From: Thermoplasmata archaeon
Lineage (GTDB): Archaea; Thermoplasmatota; Thermoplasmata; UBA10834; DTMW01
Assembly: GCA_038852105.1 (NCBI GenBank)
Contig: JAWCKK010000003.1
Coordinates: forward strand, 68,819-132,818
Direction: 5' to 3'
DNA: 64,000 nucleotides
In this document: positions 62,129-64,000 of the stretch, piece by piece
Layout: every line of letters begins with the position of its first letter
Position numbering within the stretch: the stretch's first letter is position 1
Notes under the pieces: generated by a model
Seen by the model: only the letters and a program-made list of their open reading frames with translations
Database searches by the model: none
Told to the model about the DNA's origin: nothing
Program-made: the position numbers and the translations under genes

Positions 62129-64000
62129 GTGTCTATCGCCGAAGAGATGGCAAAGAAACAGAAAGAAATCTCAGTAGCCGAGTTCTTCGAGAAGAACAAG
62201 CACATACTCGGTTTCGACTCGCAGACGCGGGCGCTCATCACCGCCGTCAAGGAGGCGGTCGATAACTCATTGGACGCATGCGAGGAAGCCGGGGTCCTGC
62301 CAGAATTATTGATCGAGGTCAAGAAGATAGATCAGAGCGACTTCCAGGTAACGATCGAAGACAACGGCCCGGGAATAGTCAAGAAACAGATTCCGAACGT
62401 CTTCGCGCGACTGTTGTATGGGTCCAGATTTCATTCCATCAGGCAGGCGAGAGGCCAGCAGGGGATAGGAATATCGGCAGTAGTGATGTATGCCCAGCTG
62501 ACGTCAGGAAAGTACGCGAAGATATGGTCCAAGACGGCCGGAGCGCACGCGGCCAATTATTTCGAACTCAGGCTGGACACGAAGAAGAACCTGCCGGAGA
62601 TAATCAAGGAGGATTTCGTCATCTGGGAAAAGGAGCACGGCACGAAGATCCAGGTCCAGCTGAAGGGAAAGTACGTCACTGGCAAACAATCGATAATAGA
62701 ATATCTGAAAGGTACTGCCATCGTCAATCCCCATGCTAGGATAACCTATATCCCCCCTGAGGGTCCGAAGGTAGTATTCGAGCGCGCAACGGAGAATATG
62801 CCTCCTCAGACGAGGGAAATCAAGCCGCACCCCGAGGGGATAGAGCTTGGAGAATTATTGAGCATGGCTAAGGACACAAGGTCGGACAAGATGTCGAGCT
62901 TTCTAGTGGAGGATTTCTCCAGGATATCCAATAGGGTGGCAAGGGAAATCCTCGAGAAGGCCGGGATATCCTTCAGTAAACGCCCGAAAGACCTTACGGT
63001 CGATGAGGCGAAAAAGATACTCGAAGCAATCAAGCAGACGAAGATAATGGCTCCGGAGACGGACTGCCTGAGCCCGATAGGCCCGGCACTTATAAAGAAG
63101 GGTCTCAGGAACGTGCTCGGTGATTTGCGGGCGGACTTCTACGCGCCTCCAGTTACCAGAGAGCCGAAGGTGTATGCCGGGAACCCGTTCGTCGTAGAGG
63201 TAGGTATTGTATACGGTGGGGAGCTGAACAAGGAGGAGCCGGTTCAGATATTGAGGTTCGCGAACAGGGTCCCGCTGATGTACCAGCAGGGAGCCTGCGT
63301 GATAACGAAAGCGATTGAATCGATCGACTGGAGGCGATACGGGCTCGAACAGAGAGGAGGCCAAGGGATACCTTACGGGCCGGCGATAATCCTGGTCCAC
63401 GTCGCATCGACCAAGATACCGTTCACGTCGGAGTCGAAAGAGGCGATAGCGGAGATCGAGGAGATAAAGCAGGAGATCGAGCTGGCGCTCAAGGCATGCG
63501 GCAGGAGTCTGAAAACGCATCTCGGCAAGGTGCGCAAGAGGGAAAAGACCCGATTGAAGTTCGAGATTGTCGCCGAGATATTGCCGAAAATCGCGGAGAA
63601 GAGCGCGAAGATAGTCAGGAAGCCGGTTCCAAAACTGGGTGGCACTATCACGAAGATAATGAACATTGTCTGGATTGACGATAAGATCGAATACGAAGGG
63701 AAGAGACACAAGGTCACGATCAATGTCTACAACTATACCCCGACAGGAAAAACCATGGAAATCGTTGTCGTTCTGCCGAACAACGGTGCGAAGCTCGTCA
63801 GGGCAAAGCCCGAACCTGAAATTGAGAAGGACGGTCAGGTGCTTTGCTGGCCGATCAGGAAACTCGGATCTACGGAGGTCGAGGAGATAAAGTTCGAGAT
63901 ATCGGGTCTCGACAAGGATGCATATGACGAGAACGAGATATATGTCAGCGGCCTCGACCCAGTATACGTGATCGGCGCCGAGCCTCTGCCGGGCGATTGG
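62129..64000 (+). CDS. top6B: DNA topoisomerase VI subunit B (runs off the window end; not in the ORF track)
   Basis: Manual translation: [58 protein letters not shown] motif. Confidence 0.95.
   Translation, partial: MSIAEEMAKKQKEISVAEFFEKNKHILGFDSQTRALITAVKEAVDNSLDACEEAGVLPELLIEVKKIDQSDFQVTIEDNGPGIVKKQIPNVFARLLYGSRFHSIRQARGQQGIGISAVVMYAQLTSGKYAKIWSKTAGAHAANYFELRLDTKKNLPEIIKEDFVIWEKEHGTKIQVQLKGKYVTGKQSIIEYLKGTAIVNPHARITYIPPEGPKVVFERATENMPPQTREIKPHPEGIELGELLSMAKDTRSDKMSSFLVEDFSRISNRVAREILEKAGISFSKRPKDLTVDEAKKILEAIKQTKIMAPETDCLSPIGPALIKKGLRNVLGDLRADFYAPPVTREPKVYAGNPFVVEVGIVYGGELNKEEPVQILRFANRVPLMYQQGACVITKAIESIDWRRYGLEQRGGQGIPYGPAIILVHVASTKIPFTSESKEAIAEIEEIKQEIELALKACGRSLKTHLGKVRKREKTRLKFEIVAEILPKIAEKSAKIVRKPVPKLGGTITKIMNIVWIDDKIEYEGKRHKVTINVYNYTPTGKTMEIVVVLPNNGAKLVRAKPEPEIEKDGQVLCWPIRKLGSTEVEEIKFEISGLDKDAYDENEIYVSGLDPVYVIGAEPLPGDW

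Overview
Archaeal core-genome window, most likely from a Thermoplasmatota lineage related to Methanomassiliicoccales. This is an inference from the stand-alone 16S rRNA gene, the absence of L34e/L14e in the spc cluster, and gene content. In order, it holds: a membrane-lipid cluster (tetraether synthase Tes, ferredoxin, geranylgeranyl reductase, GT4); a membrane-anchored coiled-coil/KaiC-like protein; a PAS kinase; the full rpl3-to-secY-cmk-cbf5 ribosomal superoperon; RaSEA; TyrRS; the proteasome/exosome superoperon; two head-to-head ftsZ paralogs; assorted housekeeping genes; a large PAS/GAF kinase; pyrG; two secreted Kelch proteins; a 16S rRNA gene on the minus strand; two non-pyrrolysine MttB-family genes; DRG; carbamate kinase; and top6B (truncated by the window). 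The most unusual observation is an orphan copy of the 16S 3' processing arm between the two Kelch genes. It is 90/93 nt identical to the real trailer, keeps an intact bulge-helix-bulge half, and is followed by a heavily decayed 16S 3' end. Other notable items are a structured ~185-nt rpl3 leader, a structured spacer before the exosome genes, a frameshifted and shortened pcc1, and a probable CTG start codon. All calls were made by eye from motifs; no searches were run.
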